DNA of 64,000 nucleotides from an uncultured Planctomycetaceae bacterium (GCA_963813715.1 CAWFAK010000005.1:480001-544000); one strand, 5' to 3'; positions 23,190-35,673 are shown, counted from the first letter of the stretch. Translations and numbers: made by a program. The notes: generated by a model not told the origin, from the letters alone.

Positions 23190-24464
23190 TCACGGCTTGC
23201 GGCCGTGGGATTTCAGCCATTCCTTATATTCGCGACTTTTCGCGAAGCCCTCGAACGCTTTGACCGCGGTCAGGTCACCGAACGTGACTCCCAGCGACTC
23301 GGCCTTCTTCAGCCATTTGACCGTGTCGGCATAGTTGTGTGCCGCCAGCGAAATGTCGATGAGCGCGTAGTAAGCGCGGAGCAGATTCGGATCCGTGACG
23401 AGCGCGTTCTGCACCATCTCGCGGGCCTCTTTGAGTTTGTTTTCACGCAAGAGGACGTTGCCGCGCAGCACGTTCAGGTACGGATCGCCGCCGATAGCCT
23501 TGTCGACCCGTTCGATGGCCTCGAGCGCCTTGTCGAACGACTTGCGGAGAATGTACGCGTCGACCGAGATCAGATCGATCATCGGGTCGTTCGGATAGTG
23601 CTTACGAAAGTCGTCGATCGTCGCCAGGTATTCTGCGTCGCTGATGGACTGCGTCGCCAACAGCCGCATGGTCATCGCCGGCTTCGATTCTTGCACCGAG
23701 GCGGGAAGCTCCTTGTAAATATTGAGGGCTTGTCGCCAGTTGCGCTCGCGCGTGTACTGTCCCATGAGCGCGAACTGGCCGAAATGCTCGACAAAGTCTT
23801 TCTCCGGACCCGAGAGATTATCGATGCTGGCACCCCCCGATTTGTGCGCCAGCGGCAGGAACGAACGCCTTAAGTTTTGCGAATACATCTCGCCGACCAG
23901 GAAGATATAACACTCCACGCCGACGACCGCTCCGCTTTTCGAGCGGCCCAGCACCCAATCGTGGTAGTTGAGGGCGCCGGTGGAGCTGATGAGCCGAAAC
24001 AGCACCCGCGTCTGTCCCCCTGCGCTATGAATGCGAAACGCCCGATAATCGCCGGAGCCCTGGATCGCAGACATGATCGCTCGCCCGAACCCGGACGTTG
24101 GCGAAGTGGTGGCCGACTTCAAGCCGCGGCTGAACTCGGTCCGAAACTCCTTAAGCTGCGGCGAGTTGCCCGGCAAGGCGGTCGCTTTTTCCACGAACGC
24201 ATCCCAGTCGACCAGCGTGTTGAACGCATCGACGTCCTGTCGGCGAACCGCGCGCTGCAGGGCCACTGCCCACGTCTTCGCCTCCTCGGCGGTGATCGGT
24301 TTGGCAGACGTTTGCACAGGAGTTGTGGTTGCCCTCGCTGGCGGGAGCGCGCTGTTGGGCAACAAGGGAGGAGCGGGCGGAGCAGCCGGTGTCGAATGAA
24401 CAGGTCCGATCCACACGCCAATGCAGAGGACGCTCAGCGCCAAGAGTCGGAGGGGCTTTTTCAT
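23190..24464 (-). CDS. Secreted hypothetical protein with C-terminal TPR-like region
   Basis: Signal peptide [16 protein letters not shown], Pro-rich linker, helical TPR-like C-terminus. Confidence 0.75.
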   Translation of the reverse strand: MKKPLRLLALSVLCIGVWIGPVHSTPAAPPAPPLLPNSALPPARATTTPVQTSAKPITAEEAKTWAVALQRAVRRQDVDAFNTLVDWDAFVEKATALPGNSPQLKEFRTEFSRGLKSATTSPTSGFGRAIMSAIQGSGDYRAFRIHSAGGQTRVLFRLISSTGALNYHDWVLGRSKSGAVVGVECYIFLVGEMYSQNLRRSFLPLAHKSGGASIDNLSGPEKDFVEHFGQFALMGQYTRERNWRQALNIYKELPASVQESKPAMTMRLLATQSISDAEYLATIDDFRKHYPNDPMIDLISVDAYILRKSFDKALEAIERVDKAIGGDPYLNVLRGNVLLRENKLKEAREMVQNALVTDPNLLRAYYALIDISLAAHNYADTVKWLKKAESLGVTFGDLTAVKAFEGFAKSREYKEWLKSHGRKP

Positions 24465-25069
24465 CGGGACGACTCGCTGTGAGGGATGGAGACGGTCACC
24501 CGGCACGACGACGTGTTTGAATCGACTCTGCGGCGTAAGAACTGGCATGGCCCGGCTGCTGGCGCCGTGCAGCATAGCAGAATGGCGGGCCGCCTCAATC
24601 GTGCCGGTGCGGGCGGCACGCGAGGCGCAGTGTCAGCCAATCGTGGGACGTGGACTGCGGCGCCTCCCCCTTTCGCGGCCTGCCAATTGGCTCCCCAGAG
24701 CGACGGGTCGCCGGGATTTGCGGTTGGCTGGCCGCTTTGATCAAGAGGTACTCGCGACTACGATGCGGCCGCTCCTTCGAGAGGGGAGTGAACGCTCCTC
24801 TGCGTGTAATTTATCTAAAGGGGCATTCGGCCTGAGGAGGCATCCCGACAAACCGCCAAAGTCCTCTTTTCCCGTCGCTTTCGTCTTCATCCCGCGGCCT
24901 TTCAGGTGGGGGGCCGCGTCCCGGGCGATTTCCTGGACCATACTCTAGGGGGAAACACCGGCGTTCTGTCCGAATCTATCGCGCAAACCGAAACGATCGA
25001 TTGGGACAAAGTTGGCGATTCCAGCGGCCGTTCGAAAGGGCGCCGCGTCGGGAGTTGGAGAACGGGACA

Positions 25070-26011
25070 ATGAACTGGGCGACCATCTGTGAGGAGGCGC
25101 TCGCCGGGTTCCAAATATCGTCGATGCCGCCGACGGTGGAACTGCCGGCGTTGCCGTACGTGGTCACCCTGTTCGCGCAGCGCTCCCGCGATGAAAAGGT
25201 CCCCTTGAGGGAACTGGCCGGGATTCTGGAGACCGATTCAGCACTCACGGTCGAACTCCTGAAGTACGTCAATTCCTCGGCGTGTGGTTTGCGCAGCAAA
25301 GCCAAGACGGTACTGCAAGCCCTCTCGTTCCTGGGCTGCGCCCGCAGCCGACTGTTCGTGATCGCGACCGGCATCGAGGCTGCCATGCGAGCCCGCTGCT
25401 CGAAGCTTATCGACCAGACTGCGTTCTGGAGCGATAACCTTCAGAAGGCCATGTTCGCCCGTGAAATCGCCCTGCTCCTGCGAACCGATCCCGATATCGC
25501 GTTCATCGGTGGCCTGTTGCAGGATTACCTGCTCCCCTTTTTGACAAATGACCTGGCCGACGAATATCGCTACTTCCTGCAGGCGCCAGAGACGCCGACC
25601 AAGACGCTGAGTGAGTTCGAGCAGGAGCGCTTCGGCTGGGACCACGCGTTGGCCGCCGCCTGCCTGGCCCACGCCTGGAAACTGCCTCCCGAGCTGCCGT
25701 GTTGCATCCTTTACCATCATGGCGGCTTGCAGATCTTGACCGATGCGCGGCTGGGGCGATCGCCCGTCGCCGCCACGGCGCTCTCAGCCCTGCTTCCCGA
25801 CCAGTTCTGTCCGGGGCAGCGCGGCTTGCAGCTCTTGGCAAAACTGGAACGGAAATGGCCCGCCTTTCGTTTGGAGCGGTTGGCCCAGTCTGTTGACCAG
25901 CAATACCAAGACATGGGCCTCGGAATTCGCACCGACTCTTCACTCGTGCAGCGTTGCCAGAACCTGGACATCGAGCGGTCTGGCGTTCCCGCCGAAGCCG
26001 CCGCCCACTAA
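25070..26011 (+). CDS. Stand-alone HDOD-domain protein
   Basis: LPALP, LETDSALTVELLKYVNSS, QALSFLG, GGLLQD, EQERFGWDHA, WKLP, YHH. Confidence 0.9.
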   Translation: MNWATICEEALAGFQISSMPPTVELPALPYVVTLFAQRSRDEKVPLRELAGILETDSALTVELLKYVNSSACGLRSKAKTVLQALSFLGCARSRLFVIATGIEAAMRARCSKLIDQTAFWSDNLQKAMFAREIALLLRTDPDIAFIGGLLQDYLLPFLTNDLADEYRYFLQAPETPTKTLSEFEQERFGWDHALAAACLAHAWKLPPELPCCILYHHGGLQILTDARLGRSPVAATALSALLPDQFCPGQRGLQLLAKLERKWPAFRLERLAQSVDQQYQDMGLGIRTDSSLVQRCQNLDIERSGVPAEAAAH

Positions 26012-26256
26012 GTCCGCGGCGCCGAGTCTTTCGAGGCGAGCGGTCCGCCGCGGCGGATCAGCCCGCCGGTTCTTTTTCTCCGCGATTGTTCCTTACCAAC
26101 GGCAGAGTCGTCTGCTCGAGCACGGTTGAGCGACGCAGCACCCTTTTCGCAGTCTGCCAATTCAGCTACATATCACCTCCAAGGATGAACACGGTCGAAG
26201 TTCGCTCACCCCGGTGAAACTTGAGCGCCGACCTGGCACAGCTAAACGCTCGTCGC

Positions 26257-27390
26257 ATGGATAACCTGGTCCGCCGAGAGATCATCGCCGACGCTCGGAC
26301 GTTCGTGATCAAGATCGGCACCAACGTCCTCTCGCGCGACGACGACACGATCGACGTCGACCGCATCGCCCAGCTCGCCGAGCAAATCCATCGCGTGCGC
26401 GAGACGGGCCGGCAAGTGGTCGTGGTCTCCAGCGGGGCGATCGGTGCGGGGATGGGCCTGTTGGGGCTCAAGACGCGGCCGACCGATCTGCCGCACTTGC
26501 AGGCGGCAGCGGCAGCCGGGCAGGCCCATCTCATTCGCCTCTACGACGACTGCCTGCGCAAGCATGGCTACCACGCTGCCCAGGTACTACTCACCGCCAA
26601 CGACTTCAAGAGCCGCACGCGCTATCTCAACGTCCGCAACACGCTGCACACGCTGTTCGAATACAAAGCGATCCCCATCGTTAACGAGAACGACACGGTG
26701 AGCGTGGCCGAAATCAAGTTCGGCGATAACGACCAGCTCGCCGCGATGGTCACCGGGCTATTGAGCGATCCGCTGCTCATCATCCTCTCGATTGTCGACG
26801 GCCTGTATGACGGCGACCCGAAATCGCCCACCAGCAAGTTGATTCCGCTCGTCGATCAGTGGAACGATTCGCTGCTGGGGCTCGCGGCCCCCGGCCGCAG
26901 CTTGCGGGGGATCGGCGGGATGCCGTCGAAGCTGGAGGCCGTGCGAACGGCGACCGGCGTCGGCGAGAGTGTGATCATCGCGAACGGCACGCGTCCCGGA
27001 GTGCTCGACGAGATTCTCGCCGCGCAGGAAGTCGGCACGCTCTTTCTCGCGAAGGGCAAGGATTTACCGGCCTGGAAGCGCTGGATCGGTTTCACGGTCC
27101 GACCGAAAGGGCGTTTTATTCTCGACGAGGGGGCCCGCCGCGCCGTCGAAACCCAAGGCAAATCGCTCTTGGCCATTGGCATCACTGCCGTGGAGGGCGA
27201 GTTTGCCAAGGGCGAGGTCGTCTCGCTGGTCGACCGCGCCGGAGAAGAATTCGCCCGCGGCCTTTCCAACTACAACGCGCACGATGCCCGGGCGATTGCA
27301 GGCAAGCGCTCGGAGGAAATCATCCAAGCTCTGGGCAGCCTTCCCTACGAGGAAGTCATCCACCGCGACAACCTCGTCGTGACGACGTGA
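26257..27390 (+). CDS. proB: Glutamate 5-kinase (with PUA domain)
   Basis: [50 protein letters not shown]. Confidence 0.97.
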   Translation: MDNLVRREIIADARTFVIKIGTNVLSRDDDTIDVDRIAQLAEQIHRVRETGRQVVVVSSGAIGAGMGLLGLKTRPTDLPHLQAAAAAGQAHLIRLYDDCLRKHGYHAAQVLLTANDFKSRTRYLNVRNTLHTLFEYKAIPIVNENDTVSVAEIKFGDNDQLAAMVTGLLSDPLLIILSIVDGLYDGDPKSPTSKLIPLVDQWNDSLLGLAAPGRSLRGIGGMPSKLEAVRTATGVGESVIIANGTRPGVLDEILAAQEVGTLFLAKGKDLPAWKRWIGFTVRPKGRFILDEGARRAVETQGKSLLAIGITAVEGEFAKGEVVSLVDRAGEEFARGLSNYNAHDARAIAGKRSEEIIQALGSLPYEEVIHRDNLVVTT

Positions 27391-27589
27391 GTTCGACGCG
27401 GCATTCACCGTCGTCCGGATGCGGGCGCGCGACTCTTCCCGGTCGCCCACGCCGCCCAGCTGAGTGGCTCGCTTCCGGTAAGGTTCCTATGCGTTTTTCT
27501 GCGTGTTGCCCAGCGGTATCTTTCTGACCGCGGTCAACTGTAGCGTCCCGATCGGCGGCTTTCTGCCGTCGGCTTGCTCCTCGCATCCC

Positions 27590-30500
27590 TCAAGCGGCCT
27601 TGGGCCGAGGGGCAGCGGCGGCTTTGACCGGAGCGGGAGTCTTTGGCGCGGCATCCATCGGCGGGACTTTGACCTTCATTTGTCGCAGCAGCTGACAAGC
27701 CAGGGCATGCTCGACCCCCTGCCAGTCGTTCGCCTTGGCACAGCGAATTAGGTACTTCTTGGCCGACTCCAGGTCGCCGCGATCCTTGAGGAAGATGGCC
27801 ACGAAGTAGGGCAGCACCGATTGATTGAGCGTGCTCTTAGACGAAGCCAGAATCCGGTCGACTTCGCCAAAATCGAGCTGTTTGGCTTTTTCCGGCGGCA
27901 GCGCGTGCCGCATCTGCGCTGCGAGCGGACCGTAGAGCTGCGTCCCGCCCTCTCCGCCGCTGGGTTTCGCGGGAGCGTCCACGATCTTCTTGAGAAGGGC
28001 GTCTCGATCGGCGGTCTTGCCGATCGAATCTGCCGCGATGGCCGCGTGCAATCCCGAATCGAATTCGTGCGAGGCGTCGTAGCTCTGCTGCAAATGGGGC
28101 AGAGCATCTGCAGTGTCGCCCAGGATGAGGAAGTAAAAGCCGAAGTCCCGGCTTTGCCAGGGCGATAGATTTTTCCCCCACGCGGTCAACCGTTCGTGAG
28201 CGAAGGCATCGGCGGCATGGATGTCACCGTGCCCCGTGCGATGACACCAGCACATCCAGTTGAGGCGCGCGCGATCATCGTTCTCCGAGACAGTTTTCAC
28301 GAGGTGTTCGGCCTGATCCCACTCGTCGAGCAGTTCGTGGCAGCGGGCCGCCGTCATCAACGGCCCGGTGGAACCGCTTTTGGCTGCCGCATCGGCATAA
28401 ACCACCGCCTCCTTGACTCGATCCTGCTCGAGCAAGACCAGGGCAACGTCGTTTTGAAGTTGGGTGCGTTCGATTTCGTGCCCCGGTAGCTTGACCGCCT
28501 GGTCCAGCGTGGCTTTCCAATGCGCGTCGTCTTGCTTGGCTTTGTAAGTTGAAGCGAGCAGACGGTAGGCCGCGTAGCTGGGAGCCAATTCAGTTTCGCG
28601 CTTGGCACAGCGCTCGGCATCGTCGTAACGCTTCATTTCGTAGTAGCGCCGGGCCAGCGCGTTCATCACCAACGGATCATCGGCATAGGTGCGCTCGTAC
28701 TTGTCCGCCTGCTTCTGCACATGGTCCCAATCTCGCGAAATCCGGGATCGCAATCACGATGGGAAGCGTGTCGCTGGTGCTCCACAGCCGTTCTAAATTC
28801 TCCTTGGGAATCACGCCGTGATTCACCGAGCCGTTGAGCCCCGATTCGACATACCGCATTTGATCGCCGAGAGTCAGGTCGACGTGAGCTCCCGCCCTTT
28901 TTGAAAAAGGGGCCAGGCGAGGCCGCTTGGCAATCACAGAGATCCACTTCACGACGGGGACCTCCTTGTCGGTGAGCTCGTAAAGTCTGAATTTCCTCAA
29001 TGCTGCGGCGGCACCGGCCTTAATCTTCCCTTGATCCTGGGTAAACGAAGCGAGGTAGCCGCTGTCCGGGTGATCGACGACAAGCGGACCAAACGTGTCG
29101 ATGGTGTTCTCCACGGAAAGACCAAGCCCGCTGTGCTCGATCGTCAGCTTCCGCATCAGCTGGGCGAAGTTGATCTCCTCGATCGAGTGCGCCACCGCGG
29201 ACAGCGATGGTTCGGCGCGATCGGACGTTCCGGCCTGTTTGAGGTCGGCGATTGCCAGTTTGCCGAACTCGATGTCGGCCGCGCTGTCCTTGGAAGTATC
29301 GCTGCTCTTGAGCCGCTCCCTGAGAGACGTGGGAAGGCCGGGAACAGCAAGGAGCTGCTTATGCAGCAATTTGCCCGTCGCCGCCAGCCCTTTATTGGCC
29401 TGCTCGCGCGCCGATCCGGCCTCGCTGAACGAAGCAATCAAGTCGTAGCCGCGAGGGCAATCGGGACATTCTTCAAGAAACGCCTGGGCGGCTTTGACGC
29501 GCACATCGTTCAAGGAGCTGAACATCACGGCTTGCAGGTCGAGGTAGCGGGCGAGGCCGCGCTCGGGCGGCGTCTTCGCCAATTTCAGCATTCCCGCCAA
29601 TTGCCCTTGAGAAAAGGCGTCGAGGATCCCGGTCCAAAATGGGAGTGCCGTCGCCGCATCGCCCGATTTCTTTTTGGCTGCCGCGATGTCCGTCGCCGCC
29701 AGGGAGTCTGCGCCAAACAGCGTGCGCGCGTAGGCGCGATGCCAAAGCGCCCAGGGGGAACCGTCGCTTTCGTGCATCAACCGTTCCGCATAGAGGAGCG
29801 CGCGGGCATGGTAGGCTTTGTGCGCGGCGCTGTAATAAAACTCGGTCAGCGATCCGAGATTGGCGTAGCCGACGACCAGCGCCGCCAGCAGTTGGGGTGA
29901 TTCGCCCTTCTCGTGAATCTCGCCGTGAATTTGCCGCAAACCGCCCAAGACCGAGAGCTCGTTCCAACTCCAAAGTAAATCGGTCGCCTCGGCAGGCACT
30001 TCCGAGGAGGCTCGCGCCGCAGGCACGGATCCTTTTGCGCCGACTTGCGTCAGCACCTCTTTGAAATCGGTCCGCGACCAGGCTTCGGCCTTCGCGGCCG
30101 CGGTCGCGATCGATTGCGGCTCATTGAGGTCCACGTTGATGATGCCGCGCCAGATGCGTTCCTCCTCCGGACCGCGAGCGATCGCATAATCGATCCGCGT
30201 ACGCCGCGCCTCGCCCGACGGATCGACCGTCATCTGGAAGGGAACCGATTTCTTGTCCGGAGTCTTTGGAAAGTCTTCTCGCAATAAGCTGTCGCGTGTG
30301 GCGAGTCCCAGCTCATCGCGCGCGGTCAGTAAAATGCCCTGTCGCACCAGTTCTCGCAGCGCGAACGGCACGGCTTGGGTCGGTTGATCTCCAAGCTCTC
30401 GAACCGAGACGTAAATCGTGTCGCCGACTGCCTGAGGTTTGAGAGGCAAGGCGTCTGTAGCAGTCGTTGAATCGGACTTTATTCCCAGCGAGGGATCGCG

Positions 30501-30590
30501 ATCCATCTCCCGAACCCAATAACCGGCGGCCCCGCCGATGGCGATCAGGACAGCGACAACAACCAGCGAAATCACAAAGCTGCGTGACAT
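27590..30590 (-). CDS. Large membrane-anchored TPR-like hypothetical protein (frameshift ~28745)
   Basis: Two overlapping same-strand ORFs (28677-30749 and 27590-28753) join; N-terminal TM segment; GAGG before ATG at 30590. Confidence 0.7.
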
Positions 30591-30905
30591 GCGATACCTC
30601 AGGTCGACCAGAGCCGGCAGGCCGAGAAGCGAGTTTAGGGGAGGCGAATGTTCCGGCGCAGAGCGGGCAAAGCGAACCCGTCTATCGTGGCGCGACGACC
30701 CATTTCCTGCAACCATTCTGCGTCGCAAAACGGTGGGAAAGCTGACCAACCGCCCTCCACGACGTGGAACCCGGGACTGACGGACGCGCCGTCGCGACCG
30801 ATGCGTCGCTTGCGGGTCGGGTGGTTATAATTGGCTGCTCGTCAGGCACCTTATTCCTCGCAGATTCTTGCGGACAACACCTCCCCAACGAAAGAGCGCC
30901 CCCCA

Positions 30906-31886
30906 ATGAAGGCCGTCGTCTGTCGTGCGTTTGGTCCGCCCGAGAGTCTCACGTTGGAGGATGTGCCTGATCCGCGGCCGGCGGAAGGGCAGGTGCTGAT
31001 CGACGTTTATGCGGCCGGGCTCAATTTTCCCGACGTGCTGCAGATTGCCGGCAAGTATCAGTTTCAGCCTCCCTTCCCTTTTACGCCGGGAGCGGAGGTC
31101 GCGGGCGTGGTCGCGGAAATCGGACCGGGAGTGGCCGGAGTTGCAAAGGGCGACCGGGTCATGGGGATGACGGGAATCGGTGGGATGGCCGAGCGGGCCG
31201 TGGCGGCCGCCGACTCGGTGAATCCCATTCCCAAAGGGATGGACTTTGCCGAGGCCTCCGGGTTCGAGCTGGCCTACGGTACGTCGTACTACGCCCTGAA
31301 GCAGCGGGGCCACTTGCAACCGGGCGAGACGTTGCTCGTCCTCGGGGCCAGCGGCGGCGTGGGACTGGCCGCGGTTGAGATCGGCAAGGCCTTCGGTGCG
31401 CGAGTCATCGCCGCGGCGGGCAGCGACGAAAAACTGCAAGTCGCCAAGAGCCACGGGGCCGACGTCCTCTTGAACTATGGCACCGGCAGCTTGAAGGACA
31501 GAGTGAAGGAGTTGACGGGCGGCAAAGGGGCCGACGTGATTTTCGATCCCGTCGGCGGTGACCTCTTTGATCAGAGCACTCGTTCGATCAATTGGAACGG
31601 CCGTCTGCTGGTCGTCGGCTTCGCCAGCGGTACGATTCCCAAATTCCCCGTCAATCTCGCCTTGCTCAAAGGCTGTCAAATCGTCGGGGTGTTTTGGGGC
31701 GACTTCAAGCGGAGAGAGCCGGACGCGTATCGCCAGAATGTTCGCGAGCTCTGCGATCTGTTCGTTGCCGGGAAAATCAAGCCGCTGGTCTCGCACGAAT
31801 TTCCCCTCGAGCAGTATGCCTCGGCGCTCAACCTGTTCGTCAACCGGCAGGCGATCGGCAAGATCGTGCTCCGCGTTAGAACCTAG
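30906..31886 (+). CDS. NADPH:quinone oxidoreductase family (zinc-independent MDR)
   Basis: GLNFPD, FTPGAEVAG, LVLGASGGVG, FDPVGG, GKIVL. Confidence 0.93.
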   Translation: MKAVVCRAFGPPESLTLEDVPDPRPAEGQVLIDVYAAGLNFPDVLQIAGKYQFQPPFPFTPGAEVAGVVAEIGPGVAGVAKGDRVMGMTGIGGMAERAVAAADSVNPIPKGMDFAEASGFELAYGTSYYALKQRGHLQPGETLLVLGASGGVGLAAVEIGKAFGARVIAAAGSDEKLQVAKSHGADVLLNYGTGSLKDRVKELTGGKGADVIFDPVGGDLFDQSTRSINWNGRLLVVGFASGTIPKFPVNLALLKGCQIVGVFWGDFKRREPDAYRQNVRELCDLFVAGKIKPLVSHEFPLEQYASALNLFVNRQAIGKIVLRVRT

Positions 31887-32172
31887 CACGTGCTCCGGCG
31901 GCGCAGCCCTCAGAAGCGCGGCCCCGCCGATCGGTCGCCGCGATCTGCAGAAAAGATCTGAGCTTCCTCCGGAGCTTTCGGCAATTTGACCCTCGGCCGG
32001 CCGAAAACCGTGCTTGTTCCTACGAGGGGGCCGGTCGCTCGCTCCGCAGCTGTCGGGCGCCCGCCGGACTGAGCCGGAGGCAAAGCCCGATTTACGCAGA
32101 GGGTCTGGATTTTGAAGCTCGAGAAAGGTCACAATCACGGCTCGACGAATGTGAAATCGCGAGGGCCAGACG

Positions 32173-33558
32173 ATGAGCGATGAGTGGTACTCAGTTGTGG
32201 TCAGCGGGAACCGTGGTCCAATTGCGATCATTGGCCGGGCGTTGATTCTCATCGCCGCGGGCGGAACGTTGTTTGCCGCGACGCAGCAGTCGCTTGAGCC
32301 GGTCCAAAAAGCCACTGAAATCGCCGCTGTCGCGAGTCAGGATTCGCCCACCCGCAGCTCAAACTCGGCACAACCCGCCGCCTCTCGCGACAGTTTCGAC
32401 ATCCCTTGGCCGAGTGGCGAGCGCGAAGCCACTACCGACCAGGTCGACACGGGGAAGCTTCAAAAAATCATCCACGAGCACAACAAGCTGTACGCGCAAT
32501 GGAAGCGGGAGCGCCACAACTACCAAGAGCTGAGCAACCGGTTGACGAAAATCGGGACCAATCTACAAGGACTGATGAACCGGGCCGACGCCGTCGGCCA
32601 GACGATGAACAAGATTCGCGGCGTCCTCGGCGATCAGAATCTCTCAGACGCAGAAATCTTCGCGCCCCCGGAAACGCCGCGATGGGTGCAGTCGCTGTCC
32701 AAAACTTACACATTGCGAACGGGCGAGATGGGGAGGCTGAATGCCAAAGCGACGCGCGCAGTCAACGATTTCAACGCGACGCTGACCAAGCTCGACACCA
32801 ATATGGCCAACCAGCGACAGACCCTTTCCCGGGCGACGGAGTTGCGAGGCGAGTGGGTTCGGATCACGCGGCCATTCGGACTTTGGACCCGGCAAGACGT
32901 GCCGATCTCGATCGAAACCTCGACGCGGTGGATCCTCGACAATGAGGTCTTCGCACCGGCCTATCTGTCGCGGTGCGTCGCCGAGATCCGCCAAAGAAAG
33001 TTCGACAAGGCCAGCGAGGACATCGAGCTGGCCATCAAACGCGACCCCACCTGGGTTGAGCTCTACGGACTGCAGGCCGTGTTGCAGGATCGAGCGGGCA
33101 AGCATGCGGACGTCGACAAATCCCTGCGAATGATTCGTCGCCTCAAGAAAAAATCGGCCTTCGTCGAAGTGTGCGAAGGAATCATTTCGTCGTGGCACCA
33201 AAATCTCGAGGGAGCAAAAACCAAGTTTGGCGCGGCGACCAAGCACGATGCCTCCGATCCGGCCGGACAGGCGCAACTCGCTCTCTTGCTGATGACGTTT
33301 CCCAAGAGCGAGCTGCGCGATCCCGCGGCCGCGGTCGAGGCGGCGACGGCGGCGTGCAAAACAACGTCCTGGAACCAGTGGTGGTGCCTCGACGTCTTGT
33401 CGCTGACTTATGCCGCCAGCGGCGACTTCGATCGGGCCATCGGCTGTGCCAATCGGGCCAAGGAGGCAGCCCCCAGCGACGTCCAATCGCTTCTCGACGA
33501 GCGAATCGCCAGTTACAAGAAGAAGCAGGTCCCCGGAGCCGCCGTTGGCGACTTGTGA
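32173..33558 (+). CDS. Coiled-coil/TPR hypothetical protein
   Basis: N-terminal hydrophobic segment; C-terminal LRDPAAAVEAATAAC...LDVLSLTYAASGDFDRAI TPR-like module. Confidence 0.75.
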   Translation: MSDEWYSVVVSGNRGPIAIIGRALILIAAGGTLFAATQQSLEPVQKATEIAAVASQDSPTRSSNSAQPAASRDSFDIPWPSGEREATTDQVDTGKLQKIIHEHNKLYAQWKRERHNYQELSNRLTKIGTNLQGLMNRADAVGQTMNKIRGVLGDQNLSDAEIFAPPETPRWVQSLSKTYTLRTGEMGRLNAKATRAVNDFNATLTKLDTNMANQRQTLSRATELRGEWVRITRPFGLWTRQDVPISIETSTRWILDNEVFAPAYLSRCVAEIRQRKFDKASEDIELAIKRDPTWVELYGLQAVLQDRAGKHADVDKSLRMIRRLKKKSAFVEVCEGIISSWHQNLEGAKTKFGAATKHDASDPAGQAQLALLLMTFPKSELRDPAAAVEAATAACKTTSWNQWWCLDVLSLTYAASGDFDRAIGCANRAKEAAPSDVQSLLDERIASYKKKQVPGAAVGDL

Positions 33559-33661
33559 GTCCGGCCCAGACCATGCCGTTCTGCCACGATCCAACCTCTC
33601 GAGCTTCGCTCGGTCTCGACAAGGAGCCGCCGTGTACGTCCGCCGGTTGACCGTCCCTCGA

Positions 33662-34696
33662 TTGATCGCCGAAAAACTGAAAACGCGATTCGTGTTCCTT
33701 ATTCTGGGCGCCGCCCTCTTCTTGTCCACACGCGCCGCGCGAGGCGACGAGCCTTGGGTCGTCTACGAGGGGCATGACGGGCCGGGTCGCGGCAAGAAGG
33801 TTGTCTTCGTAAGCGGGGACGAAGAATACCGCTCCGAGGAGGGGCTGCCCCAGCTCGCCAAGATCCTGGCGGCCCGACACGGTTTTCATTGCACCGTGCT
33901 GTTCTCCATCGACCCGAAGGACGGCACGATCAACCCCAACCAGTCGAACAACATTCCGGGACTCGAGGCTCTCGACTCGGCTGACTTAATGGTCATTTTG
34001 ACCCGCTTCCGCGATCTGCCGGACGACCAGATGCGACACATAGTCAATTACGTCGAATCGGGCCGGCCGATCGTCGCCTTGCGGACGGCGACGCATGCCT
34101 TCGCCATCAAGAGCCACAAGACGTTCGCTCGCTACGACTGGCAGAGCAAGGAATGGGACGGCGGTTTTGGCCGGCAGGTGCTGGGAGAAACCTGGATCGC
34201 CCACCACGGCCATCACGGTCAGCAAAGCACGCTCGGGCTGATCGCACCGGGAATGCAAGATCATCCGATTCTCCGCGGCATTCATAACGGAGACATCTGG
34301 GGCCCAACCGACGTTTATGCCGCCCGGCTGCCTCAACCTGCAACCTGCCGGACGTTGGTGTTGGGCGAAGTGCTCTCCGGCATGCATCCGACCGATCCGC
34401 CGGTTGAAGGCAAACAGAACGATCCCATGATGCCGATCGCCTGGATCAACGCGTTTGCGTCGCCCTCCGGCAAACAGGCCCGCGTTTTCACCACGACGAT
34501 GGGCGCCTCCAAGGATCTCGAGAGCGAAGGCCTCCGCCGCCTCCTCGTCAACGCCTGTTATTGGGCCGTCGGTATGGAAGGCGAAATCGCGGCGAAGTCC
34601 AACGTCGACCTCGTCGGTTCCTACCGCCCGACTCCGTTCGGCTTCAACAAGTACACCCGCGGGATCAAGCCGTCCGCGCACGCCTGGTCTAATTGA
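33662..34696 (+). CDS. ThuA-like (class I glutamine amidotransferase-like) secreted protein
   Basis: VVFVSGDEEYRSEEGLPQLA, LRTATHAF, RVFTTTMG, RLLVNACYWA. Start uncertain. Confidence 0.8.
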   Translation: MIAEKLKTRFVFLILGAALFLSTRAARGDEPWVVYEGHDGPGRGKKVVFVSGDEEYRSEEGLPQLAKILAARHGFHCTVLFSIDPKDGTINPNQSNNIPGLEALDSADLMVILTRFRDLPDDQMRHIVNYVESGRPIVALRTATHAFAIKSHKTFARYDWQSKEWDGGFGRQVLGETWIAHHGHHGQQSTLGLIAPGMQDHPILRGIHNGDIWGPTDVYAARLPQPATCRTLVLGEVLSGMHPTDPPVEGKQNDPMMPIAWINAFASPSGKQARVFTTTMGASKDLESEGLRRLLVNACYWAVGMEGEIAAKSNVDLVGSYRPTPFGFNKYTRGIKPSAHAWSN

Positions 34697-34699
34697 TCC

Positions 34700-35188
34700 C
34701 TAGAGTCCGAGCCTTGTGCGGATCTCGGCGGCGATGGCTGGCGGCGGTTGCTCGATGTCGACGCGGATCGCGTCTTCCGGAGGCTCGAGCGCCTCGAACT
34801 GGCTCTCCAGCAGTGCCGGGTTCATGAAATGCCCCTTGCGGTCGGCCAAGCGCTCCCGGAGCGTCTCTCGCGAACCGGACAGGTAAACGAATCGGATCGC
34901 CGCTGGATCGTGACCCTCGAGGTAGTGTTGGTAACGGTGTTTGAGGGCCGAGCAGGCGAGGACGACGTTCTCGCCCCGGCGGACGGCCTCATCAAGGCGG
35001 TGCCGAATGGCGTCGAGCCAGGGCCCCCGGTCGTCGTCGTTGAGCGGAATGCCCCGCCGCATCTTCTCGACATTAGCCGGCGGATGAAAATCGTCCCCTT
35101 CGACGAACGTCCAGCCCAACGCGCCGGCCAGGAGCTTGCCGACGGTCGACTTGCCGGTCCCGGTCACTCCCATCAGAACGATGATCAC
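34700..35188 (-). CDS. gntK: Gluconokinase
   Basis: MGVTGTGKST, EGDDFHP, LNDDDRGPWL, CSALK, GHFM, LLESQFEALEPP. Confidence 0.95.
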   Translation of the reverse strand: MIIVLMGVTGTGKSTVGKLLAGALGWTFVEGDDFHPPANVEKMRRGIPLNDDDRGPWLDAIRHRLDEAVRRGENVVLACSALKHRYQHYLEGHDPAAIRFVYLSGSRETLRERLADRKGHFMNPALLESQFEALEPPEDAIRVDIEQPPPAIAAEIRTRLGL

Positions 35189-35322
35189 GCTCAGAACTCC
35201 GAAGGACAGTTTCCAATTCTAGAATCGGTCGCTGGGGCTAGTGGGCGCGGCAGTTCCCGCCGACTCCAATCCGGTCCAACGTCCCATCGAGTCTCGTATC
35301 CCGTCCCAATCCCAGAGACTTT

Positions 35323-35364
35323 CCCCCCTCGCCCCTTGCGGGAGAGGGGTCGGGGGTGAGGGGG
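35323..35364. repeat. REP-like palindromic element, copy 1
   Basis: CCCCCCTCGCCCCTTGCGGGAGAGGGGTCGGGGGTGAGGGGG. Confidence 0.7.
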
Positions 35365-35480
35365 TCCTCCCGTTCCATGTCCCGATCCCCGCCCGTCCCG
35401 TGCAATTCAGTCGTGTCCCGTTTCGTGTCCTAGTCCCGCGGTTCTCCCGACGATCTGCTGACAGGTCAAATTCGCCGGCA

Positions 35481-35673
35481 TTTTCTCGGTGAAACAACGT
35501 GTCCCGTCCCGCGGTGAGTTCCAAGTCCCGCGGAAGCGGCCAGTCTCTTTCCGTCTCGACTTCTCGGTCCCGTCCCTGTCTTTCCCCCTCGCCCGCCCGC
35601 TTCGGGTGGGAGAGGGTTGGGGTGAGGGCCAAATTCGTCGAGTTTTCTCGGTGAAACAACGTGTCCCGTCCCG
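35481..35673. repeat. 31-bp exact direct repeat (35481-35511 and 35643-35673)
   Basis: TTTTCTCGGTGAAACAACGTGTCCCGTCCCG occurs twice, each copy preceded by CAAATTCG. Confidence 0.9.
35584..35628. repeat. REP-like palindromic element, copy 2
   Basis: CCCCCTCGCCCGCCCGCTTCGGGTGGGAGAGGGTTGGGGTGAGGG. Confidence 0.65.

Noticed and set aside
24981..25060. c-di-GMP-I (GEMM) riboswitch upstream of the HDOD gene (GCAAACC...GGGACAAAG; GAAA-capped hairpin at 25024-25046)
   Set aside because: The GNRA-capped P2 helix is not in the required position and the GCAAAG junction is incomplete. An Rfam search would be needed.
35481..35673. CRISPR array from the 31-bp direct repeat
   Set aside because: Only two copies, separated by 131 bp, and no cas genes in the window.
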